Source: Chloroflexota bacterium
GTDB taxonomy: Bacteria; Chloroflexota; UBA11872; VXNJ01
Length of the DNA stretch: 64,000 nucleotides
Direction of reading: 5' to 3'
NCBI GenBank assembly: GCA_963664795.2
Contig: CAXXYJ010000077.1
Location: forward strand, 6,727-70,726
Shown: one piece after another, positions 28,395-37,770 of the stretch
Layout: each line of letters opens with the position of its first letter
How positions within the stretch are numbered: position 1 is the stretch's first letter
Made by a program: the position numbers and the translations under genes
The notes under the pieces: model-generated
What the model was told of the DNA's origin: nothing
Seen by the model: only the letters and a program-made list of their open reading frames with translations
Databases searched by the model: none

Positions 28395-29828
28395 CTACCG
28401 CGCCGCCGCCGGCATCGCCAGCATTTCGGCCAGTTCCTCGGCCGGATCCACCATGATCTCGGCCAGGGTGGGGTGCAGGTGCGGGATGCGGGCGAAATCG
28501 TCCACCGTGGCCCGGTAGTGCATCGCCACGACCGCCTCGTGGATCAGGTCGGCCGCTTCGGGGCCGAGGACGTGCACGCCCAGGAGTTCGCCCGACTCCC
28601 CGTCGGCGACCATCTTCACCAGGCCCTTGTTCTGGCCCATCGTCAGGGCCTTGCCCTGGTCCTCGAAAGTCTCCTGGGCCACTATCACCGAGGCATGCCG
28701 GGCCCGGGCTTCCTCCTCCGAAAGGCCGACGACGCCGACCGACGGATCGGTAAAGACCGCCTGCGGGACCACCCGCAGATCAAATTCCTGCAACTTCCCG
28801 GCCAGCCACGTTGTTGCCCGATGATCTGGCCCTGCTGGACGGCGGTGTGGACCACCTGCAGCGGCCCGACCTCGGGCCCGATGCAGTCGCCGGCGGCGAA
28901 GATGTCGGGGGTTCGAGGTCTGCATCCGGGTGTTGACCAGGATCCAGCCGCGGTCGGTCTCGACCCCGGCGCGATCCAGTCCGAGCCCGCGCGTGGCCGG
29001 GCGCCGGCCCAGCGCGACCAGGATCTCCTCGGCCGCGAAGGTGCGTTCGCCCGCCGCGGTCTCGACCGCGACCTGCTTGCGGCCGTCGGGCGCGCGCTCG
29101 AACCGGGCGATGCTGGTGTCGGTGACGACCGTCATCCCCTCGCGCTCAAGGGTAACCGGCCAGGGCGGTCCCGATCGCCGAGTCCATTCCTGAAAGCACG
29201 TGCGGGGAGCGCTGGATTACGGTCACCGCGACCCCCAGCCGCAGGAACAGCTGGGCAAATTCCAGCGCGACCGCGCCCCCTCCCAGGACCAATAGCGAAT
29301 CGGGCAGGCGCTCCAGGTTCTGGGCCTGGTCGGAATCGATGTAGCCGACTTCCGAGAGCCCCGGCAGATCCGGGATGGCGATTTCCGAGCCGGTGGTCAC
29401 GGCGAACTTTGGCGCCCCGCAGCACCCGCCCGCCGACCGTTATCGAGTCCGGGCCCAGGAATTCGGCGCGGCCGGAAATTATCTGAACGTTGGCCAGTTT
29501 TTCGGCCGAGGACCCGGCGGTAGCTGGCGAACTCCTCGACCAGCTCGTCCTTGCGCTGGCGGACCGCCGGCCAATCCACGCGCGGGTCGGAGCTGCCGAT
29601 CCCGAGCTCGTCGGACTCGCGCACCAGCTGGGCTATCTCGGCCGAACGCAGCAGGGTCTTGGTCGGCATGCAGCCGCGCAGGATGCACAGCCCTCCGAAG
29701 CGTTCGGCGGACTCGATCAACCCCACCCGGAGACCGGGCCGACGAGGGCGGTGCTGGCGGCGTGGTAACCGGCCGACCCACCGCCGATCACTATGAAATC
29801 AAAGGCCAGTTCGGGGGTCTCCGGTCAA
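28395..29828 (-). pseudogene. Class I pyridine-nucleotide-disulfide oxidoreductase (dihydrolipoamide dehydrogenase / mercuric-reductase-like), interrupted by about seven single-base indels
   Basis: Homology is continuous but jumps frames across tracked ORFs 29397..29726, 29132..29425, 29146..29400 and 28395..29135, plus untracked pieces. Order of motifs: (TTG 29828) MTGDP/ELAFDFIVIGGGSAGY, GLRVGLIESAERFGGLCILRGCMPTK, LANVQIISGRAEF, FAVTTGSEIAIPDLPGL..LLVLGGGAVALEFAQ, LEREGMTVVTD, NPDIFAAGDCIGP, VFTDPSVGVVGLSEEEA..HPTLAE. Shifts at 29813-17, about 29735-37, 29498-502, 29408-10, 29150-52, 28907-11 and about 28795-815. Confidence 0.8.
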
Positions 29829-30052
29829 GAGTTTGCGAGGCGCCGAAATTCTAGCCGCGCATGCCGGATTCGCCCCCGCGGAGGGAGGGGCCATAGACTG
29901 GAAACCGGCCCGGGGACGGGCATCCAGCAGCCATACCAAAGGCGACCAGGCAGGCCCATGCGATCGGGGCATCCGCCCACCCGCCGACCCGCCGCCATAA
30001 AGCGCAGCGCCCCCGCCGCGTCATCGTCGCGAAACCGGGACGGCGAGCTAGC

Positions 30053-31312
30053 TTGGCGCCGGCGCGGCGGCCCGACCGCCCCGGATTGGGCACCCCGTGG
30101 GTTCGCAACGCGGTCGCCGTGGTCGGCGGGATGTTCGCCACGTTCTGCGGGTTTTCGTTCTTCGTTCCCTTCCTGGCCCTGCATCTCCAGGACCTGGGCC
30201 TGAGTCCGACCGAATCGGCGACCTGGGTCGGCTACATCGGGTTCGTCCAGGGCGTCGGGTTCGCGACCTCGGCCCCGCTCTGGGGCATGCTGGCCGACCG
30301 CGTCGGCCGCAAACCCATGGTCGTGCGGGCGATGGCCGCATCGTCGATCGGAATGCTGGTGCTGCCGTTCTTCGACTCGGCCCTGGCGGTGCTGCTGATC
30401 ATCCTGGGGCGCGGTCTCCTGGCCGGCCCGGGAACCGCCGCGGTGGCGCTGGTGTCGGCGGTGACCCCGCGCGAACGCCTGGCGATGGTCCTGGGCTGGA
30501 TCGACGCCGCCCAGGTGCTCGGGATCAGCCTGGGGCTGGCCGCCGGCGGATTGCTGGCGGCGACGATCGGGATCCAGCGAACGTTTATCGCCGGCGGGTG
30601 CTTCGGGCTGCTCGGGGCGCTGCTGGTGCTGCTGATGGCGCGCGAGGATTTCGTTCGGCCGCAAAAGTTCCAGGCGCCGCCCGGCCGGAACCGCCTGCGG
30701 CGCGTCGGCGGCGCGCTTGCGCAGGCGCGCGCGACGCTGAATCCGACCATCGTCTTCGCGTTTCTGCTCAGTTCGGGTGTGTGGATGTCGCAGCAGGGAA
30801 CCGGCTACATCTTGCCGCTGCGGGTGCAGGAAATCGCCAGTCCCGACCAGGTGGAGCTGTTCACCGGCCTGGCCGCCAGCGTGTTTGCGGCGACGATGTT
30901 CGGCGGGGTGCTGCTGGCGGCCCGACTGGCCCGGCGCTGGGGCTACCGCCAGGTCCTGTTTGTCGGCCTGATCGGCACCACCGCGCTCTTCCTGCCGCAG
31001 GGACTCGCCGGCGAGCTGTGGCCGTTCATGCTGGCCCGCGCCCTGCAGGGCTTCTGCACCGGCCTGGTCATGCCGCTGGGCCGCGCGCTGATCGCGTTCG
31101 CTTCCGAGCGATCCGACCGCGGCACGGTTTACGGACTCTCGGGCGTGTTCGGTGGCGCCGGAACGGCCACCGGGCCGCTGCTGTTCGGCACCCTGCTTAC
31201 GGCGACCATCGGGGTGGGCCCCGCGTTCATGCTGGGAGCGCTCTGTTTTCTGCCGGCCCTGCTGTCGCTGCTGCGGCGCGGTGAAATCAATGCCCTCGCC
31301 GCGCGCGGTTAG
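30053..31312 (+). CDS. MFS transporter (paralogue 1)
   Basis: 419 aa, TTG start, 12-TM pattern, loop 2-3 motif GMLADRVGRKPM. Confidence 0.88.
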   Translation: MAPARRPDRPGLGTPWVRNAVAVVGGMFATFCGFSFFVPFLALHLQDLGLSPTESATWVGYIGFVQGVGFATSAPLWGMLADRVGRKPMVVRAMAASSIGMLVLPFFDSALAVLLIILGRGLLAGPGTAAVALVSAVTPRERLAMVLGWIDAAQVLGISLGLAAGGLLAATIGIQRTFIAGGCFGLLGALLVLLMAREDFVRPQKFQAPPGRNRLRRVGGALAQARATLNPTIVFAFLLSSGVWMSQQGTGYILPLRVQEIASPDQVELFTGLAASVFAATMFGGVLLAARLARRWGYRQVLFVGLIGTTALFLPQGLAGELWPFMLARALQGFCTGLVMPLGRALIAFASERSDRGTVYGLSGVFGGAGTATGPLLFGTLLTATIGVGPAFMLGALCFLPALLSLLRRGEINALAARG

Positions 31313-31422
31313 CGTGGTCCAGATTCCGCCCATCCGGCCCCCGCACAATCGCCGGACCGGACCGGGCAGTTGATCGGCAAATGTGATGGCCCCGGTCGGC
31401 GCGGACCGGGGCGGCAAGGGCG

Positions 31423-32679
31423 ATGACCGCGCTGCGGCCCCTGCTGGCCGATCTCGGGACCCCGTGGATGCGGACCGCGCTGGCGGTGGTCGGAGGGATG
31501 TTCGCCACCTACGCCAACCTCTCCTTCTTCATGCCCTTCCTGGTCCTTTACCTGCAGGGGATCGGCCTATCACCCGGGGAATCGGCGGTCTGGGCCGGTT
31601 ACATCGGATTCATCCAGGGTCTGGCGTTTGCGGTCGGGGCCCCGTTCTGGGGGATGCTCGGCGACCGCGTGGGGCGCAAGCCGATGGCGGTTCGCGGGGT
31701 GGCGCTTTCGGCGCTGGGAACGCTCCTGGTGCCGCTGGCGACCTCGGCCCCGGTCGTCTTCCTGATCATCATGGCCCGCGGCCTGCTGGCCGGTCCGGGA
31801 TCGGCCGCGCTGGCGCTGGTGTCCTCGGTCACCCCGCGCCGCCGCCTGGCGATGGTCGTGGGCTGGATCGACGCCGCCCAGGTGCTCGGCAGCGTCGTCG
31901 GCCTGGCGGCGGGCGGCCTGCTGGCGGTAGCGATCGGCATCCCGCAGACATTCGTGGTCGGCGGCGTCTTCGGGCTACTTGGGGCCCTGCTGGTGCTGGT
32001 GTTTGCGCGCGAGCGTTTCGTGCGCCCGCCCTCGCTGACGGCTCCGGCCCGCCTGAGCCCGCTGCGCCGGATGATCGGCACTCTCTCGCGGGCGCGTTCG
32101 ACCGTGAACCCGACGGTGCTTTTCGCGTTCCTGCTGATCGGGGGCTTCTGGATGACCAACCTGGGCATCAACTACATCATCCCGCTGCGGATTCAGGAGA
32201 TGGCCGACTCCGGGCGGGTGCCTCTCCTGACCGGCCTGGCGGCCAGCGTCTTCGCGGCAACGATGTTCGCCGGGGTCCTGCTGGCCTCGCGCCTGGCCGG
32301 CCGCTGGGGCTATCGGCAGGTGCTGTTCGCCGGGATCCTGGGCATGGTGGTCCTGTTTCTGCCGCAGGGATTCACCGGTGACATCGGGCTGTTCATGGCC
32401 GCTCGCGCCCTGCAGGGATTCTGCGCCGGCCTGATCAATCCGCTCGGACGGACCCTGATCGCGTTCGCTTCCGACCCCGCCGATCGCGGCACGGTTTACG
32501 GGGTTTCGGGCCTGTTCATGGGGACCGGGGCGGCGATGGGTCCGCTGGTTTTCGGCTCCCTCTTCACGCCCTGGCTGGGAGTCGGTCCGGCGATCGGGCT
32601 GATGGCCGTCTGCCTGGTGCCGGCGCTGCTGCTCCTGCTCCGGCGCAGCGAGATAAACGTCCTGGCCGCGCGCGGCTGA
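31423..32679 (+). CDS. MFS transporter (paralogue 2)
   Basis: 418 aa, colinear with 30053..31312 from LGTPW(V/M)R to LLRR(G/S)EIN(A/V)LAARG. Motif GMLGDRVGRKPM. Confidence 0.88.
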   Translation: MTALRPLLADLGTPWMRTALAVVGGMFATYANLSFFMPFLVLYLQGIGLSPGESAVWAGYIGFIQGLAFAVGAPFWGMLGDRVGRKPMAVRGVALSALGTLLVPLATSAPVVFLIIMARGLLAGPGSAALALVSSVTPRRRLAMVVGWIDAAQVLGSVVGLAAGGLLAVAIGIPQTFVVGGVFGLLGALLVLVFARERFVRPPSLTAPARLSPLRRMIGTLSRARSTVNPTVLFAFLLIGGFWMTNLGINYIIPLRIQEMADSGRVPLLTGLAASVFAATMFAGVLLASRLAGRWGYRQVLFAGILGMVVLFLPQGFTGDIGLFMAARALQGFCAGLINPLGRTLIAFASDPADRGTVYGVSGLFMGTGAAMGPLVFGSLFTPWLGVGPAIGLMAVCLVPALLLLLRRSEINVLAARG

Positions 32680-32685
32680 CTCCGG

Positions 32686-33666
32686 CTACTCGGCCGCGCC
32701 GCGGCCCCCGTACCAGTAGCGCTGGAAGCGCCAGTCGCGGCGATTGGCCATGCCCTCGGGAGTTACCGCTCCCGGCGAATCCAGTTCGCCGATCGCGTCC
32801 ATCGCCTGGCGCAGCTGCGAGGAGAGGTAATCGAGCAGGTGCAGCGCCATCGCCTCCGGCGTGGCCGGCTCCACGACTGCGCCCATGGACTGCTCGCCGT
32901 GGTGGGAGAGCACCAGGTGGCGCAGCCGCATGGTCAGTTCCTCGCCGGCGTTCGCCTCGGCGCAGGCCTCGGCCACCCAGCGGTCGCAGATGGCGATGTG
33001 GCCGACCAGCGACCCGGCGGCCGAATAGGTGTATTCGGCCCCGCGCGGGGTAAGTTCCACCAGCTTGCCAAGGTCGTGCAGGATGCAGCCGGCCAGCACC
33101 AGGTCGCGGTCCAGCTCCCGGTAGAGGTCGCAGAGGGTATCGGCCAGGGCCAGCATCTCCAGGACGTGTTCGAGCAGCCCGCCGCGGAAGGCGTGGTGGC
33201 GGCGCTGGGCCGCCCACCAGTGGCTGATGCCGCCGGCGACCTCCTCGCGCGCCAGAACGCTGCTGCAGACCGCGGCGATCGCCGGCGACGACTTCTGCAG
33301 CCGGGCCAGGTAGGCGTTCAACTGGGAGAACATCTCCTGCGGATCGCGCGTCGAGGACGGGCTGAACGTATCGGTTACGGCCGTATCGAGAACGGCGGAG
33401 ATTGAATCGAGCTTGAGGTTGAGCTGATCGCGGAACGTGTCGGCGAAGCCGCGGATTTCGACCGCGACCGAGGGCTCGAGACCGAAGACCGATTCCGGCG
33501 GGCGGAAGAAACGGGCCACGATGCGCTTCTGGTCGACGTCTTTGAGTTCGCCCTGCCAGTAATCGTTGCCGTTCTTGTCCTGGCGGCGCTCCGACGTGCT
33601 AAGCAGCATCACCCCGTCGATCCGGGTTCCGGACTGGATTTCCGAGACCTTCAGGGCGTTGCTCAT
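32686..33666 (-). CDS. yhaM: 3'-5' exoribonuclease YhaM-like (OB-fold plus HD domain)
   Basis: N-terminal OB (IDGVMLLSTSERRQDKNGNDYWQGELKD), HD domain (GGLLEHVLEM, ILHDLGK, LSHHG). Confidence 0.8.
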   Translation of the reverse strand: MSNALKVSEIQSGTRIDGVMLLSTSERRQDKNGNDYWQGELKDVDQKRIVARFFRPPESVFGLEPSVAVEIRGFADTFRDQLNLKLDSISAVLDTAVTDTFSPSSTRDPQEMFSQLNAYLARLQKSSPAIAAVCSSVLAREEVAGGISHWWAAQRRHHAFRGGLLEHVLEMLALADTLCDLYRELDRDLVLAGCILHDLGKLVELTPRGAEYTYSAAGSLVGHIAICDRWVAEACAEANAGEELTMRLRHLVLSHHGEQSMGAVVEPATPEAMALHLLDYLSSQLRQAMDAIGELDSPGAVTPEGMANRRDWRFQRYWYGGRGAAE

Positions 33667-34056
33667 CTACTTGCGCCGCCAGCGGTTGAGGAATCGTCCC
33701 AGGGGACCCGGCTCGGGCCGGTCGTCGACCAGTCGCCCGCGCCACATCTTTTTGCCGCGCCGCCCGCCCCGTCGGCCGAATCCGACGACCGACAGGTAGG
33801 CCAGGAAGAGCATGACCACCCCGGCGGTGGCCGTAAGCGGAACTATCAGGCGCATCACCGGAAAAATTGCCAGCAGCAGCGAAGCGCACAGGAGCACCGC
33901 TCCGGTCGTGGCCATCTGACCTGGCGTGGCGAACCGCGATTTGACGAAATCGCCGACGCGGTCCAGCGGACGCGGCCCGGTGGGCGGCGGGTCCTCGAAC
34001 TGCTTGCGGCGCAGAATCTCGCGGATTTCGTCTTCCCAGTTCCGGTTCGAACTCAT
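33667..34056 (-). CDS. Small membrane protein, unknown function
   Basis: 129 aa. Charged N-terminus, two hydrophobic helices, Arg/Lys-rich tail. Abuts yhaM with no gap (stop at 33667, yhaM start at 33666). Confidence 0.55.
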   Translation of the reverse strand: MSSNRNWEDEIREILRRKQFEDPPPTGPRPLDRVGDFVKSRFATPGQMATTGAVLLCASLLLAIFPVMRLIVPLTATAGVVMLFLAYLSVVGFGRRGGRRGKKMWRGRLVDDRPEPGPLGRFLNRWRRK

Positions 34057-34152
34057 GTCCCTTTCACCCCCGGGGCGGCAGTCGACCGCACAGCTCGGAA
34101 TCTGCGGGCCGCATAGCTACGCAAAAAATTGTTGCACGCTCGCGGCCTCGGG

Positions 34153-35550
34153 TCAGGCAACGGCGGCGGGCACCCGGGCGTGGAAATCGGTCGCCTGCTG
34201 GAAGGCGTGGGCGATCCGCAGCGCCATTGCGTCGCCGAACTGGCGGGTCGAGATCATCACGCTGGTGGGCAGGCCCTGCGAATCGAATCCGCTGGGGATC
34301 GCCACCGACGGCTGCCGGGTCAGGTTGAACACCCCCGGAATCGCATCCATCCGCAGGTATTCGGTGATCAGGTCGGGATTGTCGGCCCTTCCGGCGGTTG
34401 TGTAGTTGGTTGGAGTGATCAGGGCGTCGTACTCGTCGAAGAATGCCTCGGCCTCCCGGGTTAGGGCTCGCATCCGGTCTTTGAGTTCCAGGTAGCGCCC
34501 GGAGGAGGCGGTGGCCGATTCGAGCAGGCGGCGCCGCACGTCGGGGGCCAGCTGTCCGAAGCGGGGTTCGTCGGCCATCAGGTCGCGCAGCTGGTGCGCG
34601 GCCTCGATCGCGGTGAGCTGGCGGTTGGGCTCCACCGCCGGGGCGGCCCAGGGGGTCGGGACCCGGTGGATCTGGGCCCCCAGCGACTCCCAGACCGAGA
34701 TCGCGGCCTCGACGTTGGCGACGATCTCAGGCGGCAGGTCGTCAAAGAAGTGCTCGGTGGGGACTGCCAGCCGCCTTCCGCCGACGCCCAGCCCAAGGCC
34801 GGCGCGGTGGTCGATCGGGCCGATGTCGGCGCTGTACGGGTCGCGCCGGTCATGCCCGGTCAGGGCGGTCAGCAGCAGGGCCAGGTCCTCGGCCGAGCGC
34901 GCCAGCGGCCCGACGACGCCCTGGCTCGGCGTGAGGGCCAGAACCCCGTTTTTGGGGACCAGCCCGAAGGTCGGCTTGTGGCCGCATATCCCGCAGTGCG
35001 CGGCCGGGGTGCGGATCGAACCGCCGGCGTCGGAGCCGGTCCCGCCGGCGGCCATCCCGGCCGCCACCGCCGCCGCGGTCCCGCCCGACGAACCGCCAGG
35101 CACCCGCTCCGGGTCCCAGGGGTTGGCGGGTGTCCCGAAATGCCGGTTGATGTTGGACGCGCCGAACCCCAGTTCGTGCATGTTTGCAAATCCGATGATG
35201 ACCGCCCCGGCCGACTTGAGCAGCCGCACCGGACCCGAGTCGGTCGGGGCCGGATCGCGCGGAAGGGCCACCGATCCGCCGCTGTAGGCGCGACCGGCGA
35301 CGTCGTGGTTGTCTTTCAGGACCAGCGGGATTCCGGCCAGGATGCCGGCCGAGCCCGGATCTCCGCGGTCGATTTCGTCGGCGGCGGCAAGGGCGGCCTC
35401 GGCCTGGTGATCGATGAACGCGCTCCGGTGCGCGGGCAGGGCGTCGTAGCGGTCGATGCAGGCCTCGACCAGTTCGCGCGACCCGAGGCGGCGATTGCGG
35501 ATCAGGCGGGCGGCCTCGGCCAGTCCCAGGTAACAGAGTTGGTCCGGCAC
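34153..35550 (-). CDS. Amidase-signature enzyme (paralogue B)
   Basis: GGSSGGTAAAVAAGMAAGGTGSDAGGSIRTPAAHCGICGHKPTFG. Confidence 0.88.
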   Translation of the reverse strand: MPDQLCYLGLAEAARLIRNRRLGSRELVEACIDRYDALPAHRSAFIDHQAEAALAAADEIDRGDPGSAGILAGIPLVLKDNHDVAGRAYSGGSVALPRDPAPTDSGPVRLLKSAGAVIIGFANMHELGFGASNINRHFGTPANPWDPERVPGGSSGGTAAAVAAGMAAGGTGSDAGGSIRTPAAHCGICGHKPTFGLVPKNGVLALTPSQGVVGPLARSAEDLALLLTALTGHDRRDPYSADIGPIDHRAGLGLGVGGRRLAVPTEHFFDDLPPEIVANVEAAISVWESLGAQIHRVPTPWAAPAVEPNRQLTAIEAAHQLRDLMADEPRFGQLAPDVRRRLLESATASSGRYLELKDRMRALTREAEAFFDEYDALITPTNYTTAGRADNPDLITEYLRMDAIPGVFNLTRQPSVAIPSGFDSQGLPTSVMISTRQFGDAMALRIAHAFQQATDFHARVPAAVA

Positions 35551-35557
35551 CGTCGGG

Positions 35558-36964
35558 TTAATCCAAATCGGGCCGGGCGCGGTGCCAGTCGGTGGCCCGC
35601 TGGTAGGCGTGGGCGGCGGTCAGGGGCAGGTCGTCGCGCCAGCGCCGGGCGGTGAGCATCAGCCCGATCGGCAGGCCTTCGGAATCGAATCCGCACGGAA
35701 CCGAGATCGAAGGCTGGCCGGTCTGGTCGAAGATCCCGGTGAACGCCACGTCGCGCAGGTAGCGGCGGGTATCGGCGCCTTCGAGCAGTCCCGCCGTTCG
35801 GTAGCAGCTCGGGGTCAGCAGCAGTTCGTACTCGGACAGGAGCAGTTCGGCGGCGCGGACTGTTTGGGCGCGGAGGTTGACGAACGCCTGGTAATCGACG
35901 GCCGACGTCTCGTAAGCGGCCCGCAGCCGGGCCTGGGTGTCGGGCGATACCCGGCCCAGGTCCGGGCTCTCCACCAGTTCGCGATGGATGTAGGCGGCGT
36001 CGGCCGGCACCATCGCGGCGTTATTGGCAAACGCCGGTCCGGCCCACGGCAGGGGTACTTCCACCAGTTCGGCCCCGAGTCCGCCCAGCACCGCGGCGGC
36101 GCGCTCGACGGCCTCCCCGACCTCGGGCCCCAGATCCGAAAAGTGCGGATCGTCGGGGATGGCGATCCGCCAGCCGGCGATCGAGTTCCCGAGCCGTTCC
36201 TGCGTCTTGACGCGTTCGCCGGGCGGGCAGTAGGGGTCGCGCGGGTCGTAGCCGGCGATCGCATCGAGCATGATCGCGCAGTCCTGCGCCGACCGGGCCA
36301 TCGGGCCGGCGTGGTCCAGGTTCAGCGAAAGCGGGAACACGCCGCGCATGGAGACGAATCCGTAGGTTGGTTTGTGGCCGCTTATCCCGCACAGCGCGGC
36401 CGGCAGGCGAATGGATCCGCCGGTGTCGGAGCCAAGCGCCAGCGGCGCGGCTCCGACCGCGACCGCGACCGCCGACCCCGAAGACGAGCCGCCGGGCACG
36501 CGGTCGCGCCGCCAGGGGTTGGGAGGCGTCCCGAAGTGCGGGTTAACCCCGGTTACGCCGAACGCGAATTCGTGCAGCACGGTCTTGCCGAGGACGATCG
36601 CGCCGGCCCGGCGTAGCCGCGCGATCACGTGCGAGTCCTCGGTCGCCGGCGGCGCAGCCGCGCGCGTGGGCGAGGCCGCGGTGGTCACCTCCCCGGCGAT
36701 GTCGTAGAGGTCCTTGGAGGCGATCGGGATGCCGCCCAGCGGCTTTTGCAGGTCGTCCGGCCCCAGGGCGGCGGCCTGGGAAAGCGCCGACTCGGCGAAG
36801 ACCTCCAGCCAGGCCGCGGCGAACGCCGGCTGGCCTTCGATGCGGGCGATGTGCGCCTTCACCAGTTCGACCGGCGAGACTTCTCCGCCGCGCAGCAGGG
36901 CGAGTTGCTCGGACACGCCGGCAAACAGAATCGAGTCGTTCTCGGAGATGGCCGCTGCCCGCAA
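35558..36964 (-). CDS. Amidase-signature enzyme (paralogue A)
   Basis: GGSSSGSAVAVAVGAAPLALGSDTGGSIRLPAALCGISGHKPTYG. Confidence 0.88.
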   Translation of the reverse strand: MRAAAISENDSILFAGVSEQLALLRGGEVSPVELVKAHIARIEGQPAFAAAWLEVFAESALSQAAALGPDDLQKPLGGIPIASKDLYDIAGEVTTAASPTRAAAPPATEDSHVIARLRRAGAIVLGKTVLHEFAFGVTGVNPHFGTPPNPWRRDRVPGGSSSGSAVAVAVGAAPLALGSDTGGSIRLPAALCGISGHKPTYGFVSMRGVFPLSLNLDHAGPMARSAQDCAIMLDAIAGYDPRDPYCPPGERVKTQERLGNSIAGWRIAIPDDPHFSDLGPEVGEAVERAAAVLGGLGAELVEVPLPWAGPAFANNAAMVPADAAYIHRELVESPDLGRVSPDTQARLRAAYETSAVDYQAFVNLRAQTVRAAELLLSEYELLLTPSCYRTAGLLEGADTRRYLRDVAFTGIFDQTGQPSISVPCGFDSEGLPIGLMLTARRWRDDLPLTAAHAYQRATDWHRARPDLD

Positions 36965-37196
36965 TTTCGGTGGAGTGGCCGCATTCTATGGCGGCTGCGC
37001 CGGCCGTCCAGACGCTTCGAATCCCGGCTGCGTAACCGAGCCGAACCTGCGAAAGGCAGGATTCAAGCCAGCTTGCTTCCGGTCGTCGATCCGTTCTTCG
37101 GAACCGGCTCCGGGCCGGGAATTGCCGGCGTTCACGCCGCCGCGCGGCCCGGCCGACCGCGCCATCAGATCGATCAGACTAGACGAGACCGGGTCG

Positions 37197-37472
37197 ATGA
37201 GCGTTCAGAAGGTCGCAATGATGATCGAAGTCGGCGAGGCCGGTTCGGACCTCTCAAAGCTCCTGGACCGGGTTGCCAATGGCGAAGAGCTGGTGTTGGG
37301 CCGGGCCGGTCGGCCGCTGGCGCGCCTTGCGCCATACGGTGGGGCGCGGCCCTTGCGGTCGCCGCGCCGACCGGGCAGACTGGCCGGAACGGTTCGGATC
37401 GCTGCGGACTTTGACGAAACTCCGGCGCGGCTGATCGCGGACTTTGAAGGCGCGGACGGGGAATCGAAGTGA
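37197..37472 (+). CDS. Type II antitoxin, Phd/YefM (prevent-host-death) family, without an intact toxin gene
   Basis: 3' end of spurious ORF 36714..37472: MSVQKVAMMIEVGEAGSDLSKLLDRVANGEELVLGRAGRPLARLAPY...RRPGRLAGTVRIAADFDETPARLIADFEG. This matches the usual layout of the family: ..ls.ll..v..Ge.v.i.r.G.PvArLvP, then G.i.i..DFd.p. Confidence 0.7.
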   Translation: MSVQKVAMMIEVGEAGSDLSKLLDRVANGEELVLGRAGRPLARLAPYGGARPLRSPRRPGRLAGTVRIAADFDETPARLIADFEGADGESK

Positions 37473-37770
37473 ACCTCCCGCCGGTCGGCGGCAGGCCGCC
37501 GTGCCCGGCTGGCCGTAGGGCACCGCCCCGGACCGCATCGAGGCCGATCCGGCTTTCGGCCAGATGATTCCGGCGAATGCCTGACCGTACGTCGCCGGCG
37601 CAGGTCCCGGGGAAGTCGGCCCTGAGGCCGGACCGAAACGGCGCTCGGGTGGAACCTGCCGGGGAAGGGACGGGATAGGCCTGCCGGGAAGCGGTGATCG
37701 TGCGCGCGGGGAGCCGTCCCGCCGGCTGCATGCCGTACTGGCCCGGGCCGGCTTTGGTTCGCGGCGGGCG

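Noticed and set aside
29829-30052. Possible guanidine/ykkC-type or other riboswitch upstream of the first MFS gene
   Set aside because: CTAG..., ACGG and GGGA fragments are present, but not the ordered ykkC cores (CTAGGGTTCCG, GGTCCGAGAG, ACGR loops in paired hairpins). Nothing beyond generic GC-rich pairing.
37016-37037. TTCGAATCCCGGCTGCGTAACC, which looks like a tRNA T-loop plus 3' T-stem plus acceptor 3' strand; a possible att remnant next to the orphan antitoxin
   Set aside because: No complementary 5' T-stem or acceptor strand lies upstream, so this is not a tRNA. A TTCGAATCC 9-mer is expected by chance at roughly even odds in 128 kb of two-strand sequence. There is no second copy in the window to define att sites.
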